Assembly (NCBI GenBank): GCA_963981015.1
Contig: CAXCCG010000002.1
Coordinates: 8,291-72,290, forward strand
Origin: an uncultured Gammaproteobacteria bacterium
Lineage (GTDB): Bacteria > Pseudomonadota > Gammaproteobacteria > GCF-002020875
Reading direction: 5' to 3'
Length of the DNA: 64,000 nt
In this document: piece after piece, positions 1 to 11,251 of the stretch
Numbering within the stretch: position 1 is the stretch's first letter
Layout: each line of letters starts with the position of its first letter
Position numbers and translations under genes: made by a program
Notes under the pieces: model-generated
Told to the model about the DNA's origin: nothing
The model's input: the letters and a program-made list of their open reading frames with translations, nothing else
Databases searched by the model: none

Positions 1-151
1 TTCCAGAGTGACTTTTTTGCAGTTGAAGAACGTGGTCAACATAGGTGAGAAAAAAATCAAAATCCTCCCTTGATGCAGCCAACGGTAGCTCTAGCTGTGC
101 TGCCAGTGACTCAGCCTGCTGTTGCGAGGTATCTCCTGCGAGGACAGCCGA

Positions 152-292
152 GAGCCTGCCCGAGAATGGAGAGCCTACTGCGGAAAAGCTGGATTTGGCC
201 ATATTTCATCATCCTTTTCGTTAAACGATGATGAAATCTGTCTCAAATCAGCTTCCCTTCGCTACGACTTCTATTCTCGGACAGGCTCTTAA
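152..292. repeat. Composite palindromic repeat element, full copy. Two roughly 45-bp arms in inverted orientation flank a perfect 11-bp inner palindrome (atttcatcatc / gatgatgaaat). It abuts the TAG stop of the 294..1556 gene.
   Basis: The left arm gagcctgcccgagaatggagagcctactgcggaaaagctgg (152-192) is a near reverse-complement of the right arm ending ...cgctacgacttctattctcggacaggctcttaa (250-292). Related copies occur at 18744-18828, 24915-24945 and 45510-45557. Confidence 0.6.
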
Positions 293-293
293 A

Positions 294-1556
294 CTACCCA
301 GGCTTTTTGATCTCGTTGTGACTGCTGAACTGATAGTCCTTAAAGACATGCTCTGCAGCTGGCTGCTGATAACTACCATCCTCCGCCTGTTTGACGGTAT
401 CTTTCAGGCGATAGGTGTAATGACCGCAAGTCCACACCTTGTATTTACGCATATGAGTACAGAGGCAGATTTTCTCCTCTACAGAGATCTTTTTCTCATC
501 GGGGTGGGCGGCAACAGCCTCATTATAGGCCTCGATATAACTACATTTTCCTTTGCCGTCCAACACATAACCATACGACTCACAGTTGGGACGAATCCCG
601 GAATTGATTGCAGGGCTGCTCTTGAGCATACGCATCGGATATCCGGTTGGAGAGAGGGTATTGACCTCAATATCCTCCTCTTCTGCTGCAAAATAGGCCT
701 TTTTAGCGACCTCCGTCAGACCACACTCTTCAGTGATCGTGAAGCGGGTTGAGACCTGAATTGCCGATGAACCAGACTCCAGATACTCCACACCATCGGT
801 ACCGGTAAAGATACCACCGGCTGGAATCACCGGAATGGTGAGGTCACTCTCACGCAGGTAGGCGATCACCTCTTGAGTAATCGTTGCCAGATCATACTGG
901 GCCCAATCCAACCCAAAACCGAGATGTCCTCCCGCCAGAGGCCCCTCGACCACCACAAAGTCCGGCAGCCGATCCAGACGCGCTGCACGCTTGAGAAATA
1001 GTTTCAATGCACGCACCGAGGAGACGATAATACCGATCGGTGCCTCACGGAATCGAGGGTTCTCTTTAATTAGATCCAGCGACCCCAGATGGAGGCCTGC
1101 ACTCAGGGTGATACCATCAATCCCTGCATCTAGGGCCGCATTGAGGCGTACCTTGAGGGTCTCCTTTGGGTTATTCATGGTGAGCTTCTCCATACAATTG
1201 ATGAAGACCCCCCCATCACCACGCTTGGCTGACATCGCCTCATCAACATGGCGAGTCTGTGCTTCACGCAACTCGCCCAGATCAAACTGGGCAATCGACT
1301 TGTCCGGATTACCGACATTAGCCTTGAACTGCTTCAGTCGATCCCCCACATAGCGGGTCTTGAACTGCTTGTCGATCACGGTCGGCACCATTGCATCGGA
1401 GAGGTGTCCAATGCCGCCCTGTTCAGCAAATACCAGCGCCAGTTCACGCGTAGAGATGTCGACTCCCATACCCCCCAGCATCAGCGGGACATACTCCTTC
1501 CCTCCCAGAGACAGGCGATAGTCATCGATACGTTTGGAGAGCGTTGAGTCAGTCAT
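294..1556 (-). CDS. Nitronate monooxygenase (NMO / 2-nitropropane dioxygenase) family FMN-dependent oxidoreductase with a roughly 100-aa C-terminal Cys-containing extension
   Basis: 420-aa ORF. It has a TIM-barrel NMO-like core (GGMGVDIS, VVEGPLAGGHLG, IPAGGI motifs). The C-terminal tail carries C..C.C....C. Confidence 0.6.
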   Translation of the reverse strand: MTDSTLSKRIDDYRLSLGGKEYVPLMLGGMGVDISTRELALVFAEQGGIGHLSDAMVPTVIDKQFKTRYVGDRLKQFKANVGNPDKSIAQFDLGELREAQTRHVDEAMSAKRGDGGVFINCMEKLTMNNPKETLKVRLNAALDAGIDGITLSAGLHLGSLDLIKENPRFREAPIGIIVSSVRALKLFLKRAARLDRLPDFVVVEGPLAGGHLGFGLDWAQYDLATITQEVIAYLRESDLTIPVIPAGGIFTGTDGVEYLESGSSAIQVSTRFTITEECGLTEVAKKAYFAAEEEDIEVNTLSPTGYPMRMLKSSPAINSGIRPNCESYGYVLDGKGKCSYIEAYNEAVAAHPDEKKISVEEKICLCTHMRKYKVWTCGHYTYRLKDTVKQAEDGSYQQPAAEHVFKDYQFSSHNEIKKPG

Positions 1557-1602
1557 GATCGTTCGATCCGTTACGGATTATTTTAATAAAAGTTACAGTG
1601 AA

Positions 1603-2166
1603 TCATACCGCATTATTCTCTTCTTCGTTTCCAAAAAACGAACCCCAGATGAGGATCATCGCACCAATCGCAATCGCACTATCGGCGATATTAAAAGTGG
1701 GCCAGTGCCATCCCATGGCATGAAAATCCAGAAAGTCGATCACATAACCATACTGTACCCGGTCAATCAGGTTACCAACAGCCCCGCCAATAATCAGGGA
1801 GATGGCAACCGCCTCCCCTTGAGCGCTCTCCGGTAGTGAGCGCAGCCAACGCAGTAAAAAGACTGTAATCACCAGTGTCAGCACCACAAAAAACCAGCGC
1901 TGCCAACCATCCTGATCGGCCAAAAAACTGAAGGCGGCTCCATGATTTTGCATCAGGGTGAGATTCATAAACGGCAGCAATTCGACCCGCTGATAGAGTT
2001 CCAGCGAGTACTCTGCCAGAATTTTGGTAGCCTGGTCCAGGAACAGTACCAAGGCAGAGAGACGTAGCCATATCAACAGTGGGCTACCGCGATCTTCCTC
2101 CTCTTGAACAGAAGATTCTGGCTCACCATTATGCATAGTCGCGCTGTTCGCCATCGCCCGCCACAT
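1603..2166 (-). CDS. lspA: Lipoprotein signal peptidase II
   Basis: Conserved LspA motifs ([19 protein letters not shown]). Four TM segments. Lies downstream of and overlapping ileS as in the canonical ribF-ileS-lspA operon. The true start is probably a few codons inside the ORF (MANSATM). Confidence 0.85.
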   Translation of the reverse strand: MWRAMANSATMHNGEPESSVQEEEDRGSPLLIWLRLSALVLFLDQATKILAEYSLELYQRVELLPFMNLTLMQNHGAAFSFLADQDGWQRWFFVVLTLVITVFLLRWLRSLPESAQGEAVAISLIIGGAVGNLIDRVQYGYVIDFLDFHAMGWHWPTFNIADSAIAIGAMILIWGSFFGNEEENNAV

Positions 2167-4975
2167 TCTCTACACAACGACCACACAGCTCTGGATGGTC
2201 GCTATTACTACCCACATCCTCACGATGGTGCCAGCAGCGTACGCATTTCTCATACCCGGAGGCACTGACCTTCACTTTCAACGAATCCAGTTCACTACTC
2301 TCCGCATCCTCAGGTGCATCACCCATTGGATAAATTCGTGCATAGGAGGTGATCAATACAAAACGCAGTTCATCTTCCAGTTTAGATAACAACGCATAAA
2401 GTGTTTCATCACAATAGAGATCGACTTCAGCATCCAGGCCGGAGCCAATGGTTTTGCTGCTACGTAACGCCTCCAGTGGACGAGCCACCTCGGTACGCAC
2501 CGCCAGTATTTGCCCCCATGACTCGGCATCCAGGTGTCCATCCTCCATCCTGAACAGCCCCTTGTAGAAGGTCTCAAGAAAGACACTATCACTCCGTTCG
2601 CCCGGCAGGAAGCTCCAAATCTCATCAGCAGTAAAGCTGGTGATTGGGGCCAGCCAACGCACCATCGCCTCAACAATGTGATACATCGCCGTCTGGGTAG
2701 AGCGACGCGCCCGACTCTCGCTCTGGGTGGTGTATTGACGATCCTTGATGATATCGAGATAGAAACCACCCATCTCCACCGAACAGAAGTTGTGAATTTT
2801 CTGGAAGATCAGATGGAAGTTGTACTCCTCATAGGCTTCAATAATCTCCTGCTGCAGACGGACTGCATGGTCGACCGCCCAGCGGTCCAGCGACAACATC
2901 TGCTCTGGCTTCAATACATCCACTGCAGGGTCAAAACCATTGAGATTGGATAACAAGAAACGGGTGGTATTGCGGATTCGGCGATAGGCGTCAGCCATCC
3001 GGTGCAAAATCTCGTCAGAGACTGTCATCTCCCCCCGGTAATCGGTTGATGAGACCCAAAGACGGATAATATCAGCACCCAGCTGCTGAATCACCTTCTG
3101 CGGTGCAACCACATTACCAAGCGATTTGGACATCTTCTTACCATCTTTATCGACGGTAAAGCCGTGGGTCAGCACCTGCCGGTAGGGTGCCTCACCATAC
3201 ATTGCTACCGAGGTGAGCAGTGAAGACTGGAACCAGCCACGGTGCTGATCAGACCCCTCCAGATAGAGGTCGGCAGGGCGCGACAGTTGGTTATGACGAT
3301 CCAGTACTGCACGATGAGTGACACCCGAGTCAAACCAGACATCCAGCGTATCCGTCACCTTCTGGTACTGCTCCACCTCATCCCCCAGCAGCTCTGACGG
3401 TTCCATCTCAAACCAGCCATCGATTCCTTGCTGTTCAACACGTTGCGCTACCTCTTCGATCAAACGCACGGTATCAGGATGCGGATTACCACTCTCTTTA
3501 TCAATAAACAGTGCAATCGGCACACCCCAGGTACGCTGACGCGAGATACACCAGTCAGGGCGATTCTCTACCATTCCCTCAATTCTTGCCTGCCCCCAGT
3601 CTGGCATCCAGCGCACCCCCCGAATCGACCTCATTGCATCGCTTCTCAACGCAGCCTGATCCATACCAATAAACCACTGTGGTGTTGCGCGAAAGATGAT
3701 TGGGGTCTTGTGACGCCAGCAGTGTGGGTAACTGTGACGGATCTTCTCCATACAGAGCAGTGCACCCTGCTCATTTAATACCTCCAACACATGGTCATTG
3801 GCCTTAAAGACATGCTCCCCCGCGAAGATTTCAGTACTATCGATAAAACAGCCGTTAGGGCCAACTGGATTATGGACCGGTAAATCGTATTTCATGCCCA
3901 CCACGTAGTCTTCCTGGCCATGACCCGGAGCTGTATGGACTGCGCCGGTACCCGCTTCGAGGGTCACATGGTCACCGAGGATGACCGGTACTTGTCGATC
4001 ATAGAACGGGTGGTTGAGCTGTACCCCTTCCAGAGCCGCGCCACTACAACGCCCAAGAACTTGCGACTCACCAAGATCAGCGCGCTGTAACACCTCTTCA
4101 TATAGCGCTTCAGCCAGCAACAGACGCTCTCTTGCTGCACCGGAACCAATCTGCAGTAACAGATATTCAAAATCGGGATGGAGTGCCACCGCCTGGTTGG
4201 CCGGCAGAGTCCACGGAGTGGTGGTCCAGATCACCATGGAGAGCGGGCCATTTCCCTCAGCCTGCAGATTGCAACGCTGAAGGAATCCGCTTTCATCAAC
4301 CACCTTAAAGCGGACATCAATCGCCGGTGAGGTCTTGTCTTCATGCTCCACCTCCGCCTCTGCCAACGCAGAGCCGCAGTCCGTACACCAGTGGACCGGT
4401 TTCTCTCCCTTGTGTAGATGACCATTTTCAACAATCTTGCCCAGCGCGCGGATGATGTCCGCCTCAAACTGGAAATCCATGGTCAGATAGGGGTTCTCCC
4501 AGTCACCCAGCACACCGAGACGCTGAAAATCTCTCTTCTGCCCATCAACCTGACGTGCCGCATACTCTCGCGCCTTCTGACGGAAGGCCTTGGCATCCAG
4601 CTTACGCCCCGGTTTACCCCATTTTTTCTCCACATTGAGTTCAATCGGTAGACCGTGGCAATCCCAACCCGGTACATAGGGGGTATCAAACCCCATCTGT
4701 GCGCGTGATTTGAGGATCATATCCTTGAGAATTTTATTGACCGCATGACCGATATGAATATCGCCATTGGCGTAGGGAGGCCCATCATGGAGAATGAACT
4801 TTGGCTTATCAGCGCCCTGTTCCCGCATCTTGCGGTAGAGGTCGATCTTCCCCCAGTTCTTCAGGAAGTTGGGTTCACGATTGGCGAGGTTCGCCTTCAT
4901 CGGGAAGCCGGTCTTGGGGAGGTTAAGTGTCTCTTTGTAATTATTTGCCACTGCGTTGATCCGTAAAACTACCAA
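2129..4975 (-). CDS. ileS: Isoleucine--tRNA ligase
   Basis: 948 aa. HIGH-type signature ([12 protein letters not shown]), KMSKS, and a C-terminal zinc finger CxxC...CxxC. Confidence 0.97.
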   Translation of the reverse strand: MVVLRINAVANNYKETLNLPKTGFPMKANLANREPNFLKNWGKIDLYRKMREQGADKPKFILHDGPPYANGDIHIGHAVNKILKDMILKSRAQMGFDTPYVPGWDCHGLPIELNVEKKWGKPGRKLDAKAFRQKAREYAARQVDGQKRDFQRLGVLGDWENPYLTMDFQFEADIIRALGKIVENGHLHKGEKPVHWCTDCGSALAEAEVEHEDKTSPAIDVRFKVVDESGFLQRCNLQAEGNGPLSMVIWTTTPWTLPANQAVALHPDFEYLLLQIGSGAARERLLLAEALYEEVLQRADLGESQVLGRCSGAALEGVQLNHPFYDRQVPVILGDHVTLEAGTGAVHTAPGHGQEDYVVGMKYDLPVHNPVGPNGCFIDSTEIFAGEHVFKANDHVLEVLNEQGALLCMEKIRHSYPHCWRHKTPIIFRATPQWFIGMDQAALRSDAMRSIRGVRWMPDWGQARIEGMVENRPDWCISRQRTWGVPIALFIDKESGNPHPDTVRLIEEVAQRVEQQGIDGWFEMEPSELLGDEVEQYQKVTDTLDVWFDSGVTHRAVLDRHNQLSRPADLYLEGSDQHRGWFQSSLLTSVAMYGEAPYRQVLTHGFTVDKDGKKMSKSLGNVVAPQKVIQQLGADIIRLWVSSTDYRGEMTVSDEILHRMADAYRRIRNTTRFLLSNLNGFDPAVDVLKPEQMLSLDRWAVDHAVRLQQEIIEAYEEYNFHLIFQKIHNFCSVEMGGFYLDIIKDRQYTTQSESRARRSTQTAMYHIVEAMVRWLAPITSFTADEIWSFLPGERSDSVFLETFYKGLFRMEDGHLDAESWGQILAVRTEVARPLEALRSSKTIGSGLDAEVDLYCDETLYALLSKLEDELRFVLITSYARIYPMGDAPEDAESSELDSLKVKVSASGYEKCVRCWHHREDVGSNSDHPELCGRCVENVAGDGEQRDYA

Positions 4976-5143
4976 TAGTTCATTCCACTTTGGGGGGAAT
5001 GGGCCTGAAAGGAGTCCATTTTACCAGTAATTTCACTTTATCAGGGGTTCCTTAGGCAGAGATCATCGATTGCAGGTCTGGAAACAAGGCGCTCAACCCA
5101 TCCAATTGGTTCGAGTGCTATAGCTACGCTCCAGTAGTGGTCA

Positions 5144-6082
5144 TCACATGGCATAACGGGCCGTAAAATAATCCCGAGCCTGTGTGGCATCGATCAGGAT
5201 CTGCTCCTTCAATAGCTCAAAGGAGTCAAACTTCTGCTCATTGCGAATCTTCTTGAGAAAATCAACCGAGACATGACTTCCATAGATATCCCTTTCAAAA
5301 TTGAGCAGATGAACCTCCAGTACGGTCCGGGTTCCATTTACAGTCGGACGCGTTCCGACATTGGCAACACCGGATACCGGCTCACCCTCAACCCCGAACA
5401 TTTCGACCGCAAACACCCCCTCAATCGGCGAGACCTTACGGTGAAGATGGATATTGGCGGTTGGAAAACCGATCTGTCGCCCCCGCTTGTGTCCATGGGC
5501 AACGCGCCCGCACATCCGATAGGGACGACCCAACAGAATCTCTGCATGGTCAAGATCTCCCTCTTTCAATGATTGGCGAATCAGCGTGCTACTGACCCGC
5601 TCCCCCGCCAGCTGAAAGGTGTGCATGTTGACCACCTGGAAACCGTGTTCTTGCCCCGCTTGCTGCAACATTTCAAAGCTACCTCGGCGCTTCTGCCCGA
5701 ACCGGAAATCATCCCCTACCACCAGGTAACGCACACCCAACCCATCAACCAAAACCTGCTGAATAAAATCTTCCGGCTCCATCGCAGCCAGCTTCTGACT
5801 GAAGTGGAGGGTAAAGACCCGATCAACAGCCAGACGTCGCAACGCCTTGATCTTCTCCCGGAAACGGGTGAGACGTCCAGGACAACGGTCTGGGATAAAA
5901 AACTCCTGCGGCTGTGGTTCGAAGGTGATGACCACTGCCGGCAACTTCATCTCTTCTGCCTTCTCAGCCAGCTCACCCAAGACATGTTGATGCCCCAGAT
6001 GGACCCCATCAAAATTGCCTATGGTAGCAACGCAGCCATGATGGTGCGCCTTGAGGTTGTGCAGTCCGCGAATCAGTTCCAT
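5144..6082 (-). CDS. ribF: Bifunctional riboflavin kinase / FMN adenylyltransferase
   Basis: 312 aa. N-terminus GNFDGVHLGHQ, riboflavin kinase C-terminus, sits upstream of ileS. Confidence 0.93.
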   Translation of the reverse strand: MELIRGLHNLKAHHHGCVATIGNFDGVHLGHQHVLGELAEKAEEMKLPAVVITFEPQPQEFFIPDRCPGRLTRFREKIKALRRLAVDRVFTLHFSQKLAAMEPEDFIQQVLVDGLGVRYLVVGDDFRFGQKRRGSFEMLQQAGQEHGFQVVNMHTFQLAGERVSSTLIRQSLKEGDLDHAEILLGRPYRMCGRVAHGHKRGRQIGFPTANIHLHRKVSPIEGVFAVEMFGVEGEPVSGVANVGTRPTVNGTRTVLEVHLLNFERDIYGSHVSVDFLKKIRNEQKFDSFELLKEQILIDATQARDYFTARYAM

Positions 6083-6086
6083 CGTA

Positions 6087-7652
6087 CTATTCTACCGTAT
6101 CGTATCGCAGTTGCGCAGACCGCATTCCGAATAGATAGAGCACAGTAAAATAGATCCCGGCAGCAGCTACAATGACCCCGCTCAACAGGGCAATTCGGTA
6201 CCAGAGCAGCTCATCCAACCACCCCTCAAACAGCCCGCCACTCCAGTAGAGAAAGAGGGACATCGCAGTCAACGCCAGCACCACCTGCAGCAGATGATGC
6301 CGCCAGCCCGCTAGCGGTCGATAGACTTGCCGCTGTTGCAAACCACGATAGAGCAGCCATGCATTGAGCAGAGAGGACCCTGCTGTGGCCAGCGCCAAAC
6401 CGGCATGGGGTGCACCATACTCTGCCTGCACCATCAACCCGACGAAGAGAATATTAAGCCCCATATTGGAGACCATTGCCACCAGCCCGTATTTGACCGG
6501 TGTACGGGTATCCTGACGTGAAAAATAGCCATTAATCAGCACCTTTACCAGAATAAACCCCACCAGACCAAGTGAATAGGCCATCAAGCTAACAGCCGCC
6601 ATATCAACATCGTAGGCCGTAAATTCGCCACGCTGAAACAGCAGAGCCAACATCGGTTCAGCCAGTAGAAAAAGCCCTGCACTGGCGGGGAGCGCAATCA
6701 GCACTACCAACCTTAATGCCCAATCCATGGTGCGGTTAAAGGCTTCATGGTTCTCTTCCGCAAAGTGCCCTGAAAGTTTGGGAAGGATCACTGTAGAGAG
6801 GGCGATACCGAAGACTCCCAATGGAAACTCCATTAAGCGGTCGGAGTAGTAGAGCCAGGACATACTGCCTGCGGTAATCAATGAGGCGATCACCAGATCC
6901 AACAGCAGATTGATCTGTGCCACTGAGGCACCGAACAGCGTAGGAATCATCAGTTTGATGATTTTGCGTACCCCGGAGTCGTGCCAGCGAAAACGGGGGC
7001 GTGGCAACATCCCCAATTTGAGTAGTGCTGGAATCTGGAATAGCAGCTGCACCACTCCACCGACCAATACCCCCCAGGCCAGTGCGGTCACCGGCACCTC
7101 CATCATTGGGGAGAGCCAGATTGCAGCAGCAATCATCGAGAGGTTGAGAAAGACCGGCGTCACCGCTGGAATGGCAAAACGGCTATAGGTGTTGAGGATA
7201 CCACCAGCAAAGGCGGTGAGTGAGATCAGCAGCAGATAGGGGAAGGTAATGCGTAACATGCCCGTTGCCAACTCGAAACGGTCACTCTCACCGACAAATC
7301 CAGGGGCAAACAGCATGATAAAGAGTGGTGCTGCGACCACGCCGATGACCGTCACCAGCAACAGTACCCCCCCCAATGTACCGGCCACTGCATCCGTCAA
7401 CTGTCGCACCTCCAGCTCTGATCCATTAGAGCGCCTCTCCGACAGTACCGGCACAAAAGCTTGCGAGAAGGCCCCCTCGGCAAACAGTCGACGCAGGAAA
7501 TTGGGGATTTTAAAGGCGACCACAAAGGCATCCATCACCCCTCCCGCCCCAAAATAGCGGGCAAAGACAATATCACGCACCAACCCAAGAACACGGGAGA
7601 GCATGGTCATCAGGCTGACAATCAAGGTAGACTTCAGTAGTTTAGTGGTCAA
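6087..7652 (-). CDS. murJ: Lipid II flippase MurJ (MviN)
   Basis: 521 aa polytopic membrane protein. N-terminus LSRVLGLVRDIVFARYFGAG is typical of MurJ. Divergent from rpsT as in Pseudomonas. Confidence 0.9.
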   Translation of the reverse strand: MTTKLLKSTLIVSLMTMLSRVLGLVRDIVFARYFGAGGVMDAFVVAFKIPNFLRRLFAEGAFSQAFVPVLSERRSNGSELEVRQLTDAVAGTLGGVLLLVTVIGVVAAPLFIMLFAPGFVGESDRFELATGMLRITFPYLLLISLTAFAGGILNTYSRFAIPAVTPVFLNLSMIAAAIWLSPMMEVPVTALAWGVLVGGVVQLLFQIPALLKLGMLPRPRFRWHDSGVRKIIKLMIPTLFGASVAQINLLLDLVIASLITAGSMSWLYYSDRLMEFPLGVFGIALSTVILPKLSGHFAEENHEAFNRTMDWALRLVVLIALPASAGLFLLAEPMLALLFQRGEFTAYDVDMAAVSLMAYSLGLVGFILVKVLINGYFSRQDTRTPVKYGLVAMVSNMGLNILFVGLMVQAEYGAPHAGLALATAGSSLLNAWLLYRGLQQRQVYRPLAGWRHHLLQVVLALTAMSLFLYWSGGLFEGWLDELLWYRIALLSGVIVAAAGIYFTVLYLFGMRSAQLRYDTVE

Positions 7653-7792
7653 AATAGAAGATTTTTCAGAAAGTTCATCATTATTCCCATGATAACAATT
7701 GACACCCCGTTAGAAAACGAAGAAAATACGCGGCTCGTTTTTAGATACTGTTATTCTATTTAAGTAAAACCAAATTTCCTCAGGAGAGACCC

Positions 7793-8053
7793 TTGGCAAA
7801 TTCACTACAAGCTCGCAAACGTGCACGTCAGGCTGACAAAAGACGTACTCACAATCAGGGCCGCCGTTCTATGATGCGCACCAGCCTCAAGAAGGCATTG
7901 GCTGCAATCGAATCCGGCAATCGTGAAGAGGCAGAGGCTCTCTACAAGAGCGCATCCTCAGCACTGGACATCGCAGCAAAAAATGGACTCATTCACCGCA
8001 ACAAAGCGGCTCGTCACAAGAGCCGGATGAATGCCCAGATCCGTGTAATGTAA
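7793..8053 (+). CDS. rpsT: 30S ribosomal protein S20
   Basis: 86 aa, basic, MANSLQARKRARQ... Uses a TTG start codon, as in E. coli rpsT, with a GGAGAG SD upstream. Confidence 0.93.
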   Translation: MANSLQARKRARQADKRRTHNQGRRSMMRTSLKKALAAIESGNREEAEALYKSASSALDIAAKNGLIHRNKAARHKSRMNAQIRVM

Positions 8054-8080
8054 ATATTACTTTGGAAAACTGAATAAGAG

Positions 8081-8113
8081 ATGGTCGACCCTTACGGGTC
8101 GGCCATTTTTTTA
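8081..8113 (+). terminator. Rho-independent terminator of rpsT
   Basis: GGTCGACCC-ttac-GGGTCGGCC gives a 9-bp stem with one G-U pair, followed by ATTTTTTT. Confidence 0.6.
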
Positions 8114-8337
8114 CCTGTTGATTTTAATAACGATTCAGAGGTTACGAAAAAGGTTAAAGAATTTGATAGCAGCTGTTCAGGTTGCCCCTGAAATTCACCC
8201 GCTCAAGGCAGAAAATGTGAGCTTATCCTTAGGTGACCGCGAGCATAGCTCGTAGTGTTACACGTGTAAATGACCATTTTTGAACGCCGAAATGGCGGAT
8301 TTCAGGGGTGAGCTGAATCGTTACTAATTTTAAACGG

Positions 8338-9672
8338 CTACTCGCCGGCAATACTCATCTGTTCAATCAAAATAGAGCCTACCTGTATATTGCCTCTGGG
8401 ATCGATATCTGCGCCTGATTCAACAATTGAACCAAACATCTCTTTCAGATTACCCGCAATGGTGATTTCATCGACCGGGTAGGCGATCTCTCCACCCTCT
8501 ACCCAGAAACCTGCAGCACCACGCGAGTAGTCACCGGTAATGGTGTTAACCCCTTGCCCCATCAATTCGGTAACCAACAACCCTGTCCCCATTTTCTTCA
8601 ATAGCCCCTCTTGATCCAGCGTCCCGTGGGTCATTCTCAAGTTACGCACACCTCCGCCATTACCGGTGGTCTGCATCTCCAGGCGGCGCGCAGAATAGCT
8701 GTCCAGCACATAACTGGACAGGACCCCATCGGTCACAAAATTTTGAGCACGTGTAGCCACCCCGTCACTATCAAAAGGGGCACTGGCTGAGGCCCGCTTC
8801 AACAATGGCTCTTCGTAGATGGAAATCTCTTGAGGAAAAATAGGTTTCCCTAAATGGTCGAGCAAAAAAGTGGCTTTACGGTAGAGGTTTCCACCTCGAA
8901 TCGCCCCAATCAAGTGCCCTAATAACCCCCCTGCAATGGTTGCATCAAACAGGACCGGCACCTGGCAGGTCATCCCTTTTCGACTATCGAGTCGATCCAC
9001 TGCCCGCTGTGCTGCACGCCGGCCAATCTCTGCCGCATCTCCCAACTGTTCCGGGTCACGCGCCGAGCTATACCAGTAATCTCGCTGCATCTCATCAGCC
9101 CCCTGGGTCTGGGCGATCACTGAACAGCTGATTCCGTGCCGAGTCGCATCGTACCCGGATAGAAAACCGTTGCTGTTCCCATAGAACCGAATTGAGTGGT
9201 GGCTACTGACAGAACCCCCTTCTGAATTGACAATCCGTGCATCATAATCCAGTGCCGCCTGTTCACAACGCTTGGCCAGCTCCACACTCTCCTCCACCCC
9301 TGTAGACCAAGACTGGCTCAGCTCCAGATCAGGAAACTCTGTTGCCAACTGCTCAGGATCTGCCAGCCCTGCATAAGGGTCTTCCTGGGTGTAACGTGCA
9401 ATATCACAGGCCGAACGCACCGTCTGTTGCACCGCTTGCGGTGAAAAGTCACTGGTACTCGCGGTCCCTTTGCGGTTTCCAAAATAGACCGTAACCCCCA
9501 TACCGCGATCTTTATGGTGTTCAATCGTCTCCACGTCACCCATGCGCACTGAGGTGGTATACCCCTGATCCACCTGACTACCCGCCTCAGCGGCTGTTGC
9601 ACCCTGGCGCTTTGCTTCATCCAGAATCTGTTGTGTGAGTGTTTCCAGTAACTTCTGCTCTTGATCGATCAT
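8338..9672 (-). CDS. pmbA: Metalloprotease PmbA (TldE)
   Basis: 444 aa, collinear similarity to E. coli PmbA ([44 protein letters not shown]). Overlaps tldD by 4 bp. Confidence 0.88.
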   Translation of the reverse strand: MIDQEQKLLETLTQQILDEAKRQGATAAEAGSQVDQGYTTSVRMGDVETIEHHKDRGMGVTVYFGNRKGTASTSDFSPQAVQQTVRSACDIARYTQEDPYAGLADPEQLATEFPDLELSQSWSTGVEESVELAKRCEQAALDYDARIVNSEGGSVSSHHSIRFYGNSNGFLSGYDATRHGISCSVIAQTQGADEMQRDYWYSSARDPEQLGDAAEIGRRAAQRAVDRLDSRKGMTCQVPVLFDATIAGGLLGHLIGAIRGGNLYRKATFLLDHLGKPIFPQEISIYEEPLLKRASASAPFDSDGVATRAQNFVTDGVLSSYVLDSYSARRLEMQTTGNGGGVRNLRMTHGTLDQEGLLKKMGTGLLVTELMGQGVNTITGDYSRGAAGFWVEGGEIAYPVDEITIAGNLKEMFGSIVESGADIDPRGNIQVGSILIEQMSIAGE

Positions 9673-11111
9673 ACTTCTGTCCCCCCTACGGTTAATTCAC
9701 TCACTTTTAACGTAGGTTGACCAACCCCAACAGGGACACTTTGCCCCTCTTTACCACACACACCAATCCCCGAATCGAGCTTAAGATCATCTCCCACCAT
9801 ACAGATATTCGACATCACCTCCGGGCCATTGCCTATCAAGGTGACCCCCCGCAGCGGCTGTTTGATCTGCCCTTTCTCAATGAGATAGGCCTCATTGGCT
9901 GAAAAGACAAATTTACCTGAGGTGATATCAACCTGCCCTCCCCCGAAATTTACCGCAAAAATACCACGCTCAACAGAAGCAATCATCTCCTCACGGGTGT
10001 GCTCACCCGGCAACATATAGGTGTTGGTCATTCGAGGCATCGGTAAATGCGCGTAGGACTCTCTGCGACCATTACCCGTTGAGGCCCCACCCATCAATCT
10101 ACCATTCACTTTATCTTGCATGTAACCCTTCAAAATTCCATTTTCAATTAATGTAGTGCTCTGTGTAGGGGTCCCCTCATCGTCAATATTAAGCGATCCA
10201 CGTCGCCCCTCCATCGCGCCATTATCCACTACGGTACAGAGTGGGTTGGCAACCTGTTCACCGATGCGCCCAGAAAATGCCGAAGTTCCCTTACGGTTAA
10301 AGTCACCCTCTAACCCATGCCCCACAGCCTCATGCAGCAACACACCAGGCCAGCCATTTCCAAGCACTACTTCCATATTCCCTGCGGGAGCATCCTCTGC
10401 CTCCAGGTTCACCAGCGCCTGCCGAACGGCCTCTTTGGCTGCCGCCTCAGCACGCCCCGAAACAAACAGTAAAGAGAGGTCTGAGCGCCCCCCAAAGCCG
10501 TAGGAACCCGTTTCTCTACGCCCCCCCTGCTCTACGATCACAGAGACGTTGAGACGTACAAGCGGACGGACATCTGCCGCCAAGGTAGCATCACTACCCG
10601 CAACCAGTACCACATCATAGGCTGCCGTCAGACTCGCCATCACCTGTATCACCCTGGGGTCTGCTCCCCGTGCCCACTGATCCAGGTTTTGCAACAGCTC
10701 AACTTTCTTCTCTGCCGTCACTGATTGCAAAGGGTTCTCTGCGGGGTAAAGAGAGCCTCCAGAGTCCTTCGCAGCTGCTACCCTGACCTCTCCCGCCTGC
10801 CCGCTACTGGAGATAATGCGTGCCGAACTCGCAGCCTGCATCAATGATGCTGCACTCATCTCATCTGAATAGGCAAAACCGGTCTTTTCACCCTGTACCG
10901 CTCGCACCCCCACCCCAGAATCGATATCGTAACTTGCATCACGCACTACCCCATCTTCCAGCGACCAGTACTCATGGGTACTTTGCTGAAAATAGAGGTC
11001 AGCATAATCCATACCTCGCTCCATAATATGGTGCAACGTGTTCTGGATCTCTTGCTGTGAAATCCCTCCGGGTACGAGTAGCTGATTTGTTGCCAACTCC
11101 AAATGGTTCAT
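9669..11111 (-). CDS. tldD: Metalloprotease TldD
   Basis: 480 aa with the [11 protein letters not shown] zinc motif. Confidence 0.9.
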   Translation of the reverse strand: MNHLELATNQLLVPGGISQQEIQNTLHHIMERGMDYADLYFQQSTHEYWSLEDGVVRDASYDIDSGVGVRAVQGEKTGFAYSDEMSAASLMQAASSARIISSSGQAGEVRVAAAKDSGGSLYPAENPLQSVTAEKKVELLQNLDQWARGADPRVIQVMASLTAAYDVVLVAGSDATLAADVRPLVRLNVSVIVEQGGRRETGSYGFGGRSDLSLLFVSGRAEAAAKEAVRQALVNLEAEDAPAGNMEVVLGNGWPGVLLHEAVGHGLEGDFNRKGTSAFSGRIGEQVANPLCTVVDNGAMEGRRGSLNIDDEGTPTQSTTLIENGILKGYMQDKVNGRLMGGASTGNGRRESYAHLPMPRMTNTYMLPGEHTREEMIASVERGIFAVNFGGGQVDITSGKFVFSANEAYLIEKGQIKQPLRGVTLIGNGPEVMSNICMVGDDLKLDSGIGVCGKEGQSVPVGVGQPTLKVSELTVGGTEV

Positions 11112-11251
11112 CCTGATCTTTAACTCCTAGTATTGAGTGCTCTTCTTAGATTGTGGGCAATGGTACTCTGCAGATCCTGTTCGCGCCTCAAACATCGCAC
11201 AAGAAACTGAAAATAGAGGGGTGCATAGTGGATCTTTGGAGTGCCAGAACG

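Noticed and set aside
1-140. Possible 3' end of a gene running off the window start
   Set aside because: No ORF of useful length and no recognisable motif, so it cannot be supported from about 140 nt.
228-752. 174-aa + strand ORF starting MMKSVSNQLPFATTSILGQALKL
   Set aside because: Its N-terminus is a translation of the palindromic repeat element (the same peptide also appears in ORF 18589..19050 over the second copy). The remainder is antisense to the NMO-family gene. So it is a repeat or antisense artefact.
5090-5125. tRNA-like T-loop string ggttcgagtg in the ribF-ileS spacer
   Set aside because: No acceptor-stem complementarity or D/anticodon arm could be built around it, so it is not a tRNA. 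No tRNA genes were found anywhere in the window.
5573-6148. 191-aa + strand ORF antisense to ribF, and 19231..19863 antisense to proA
   Set aside because: Antisense shadows of strongly supported genes.
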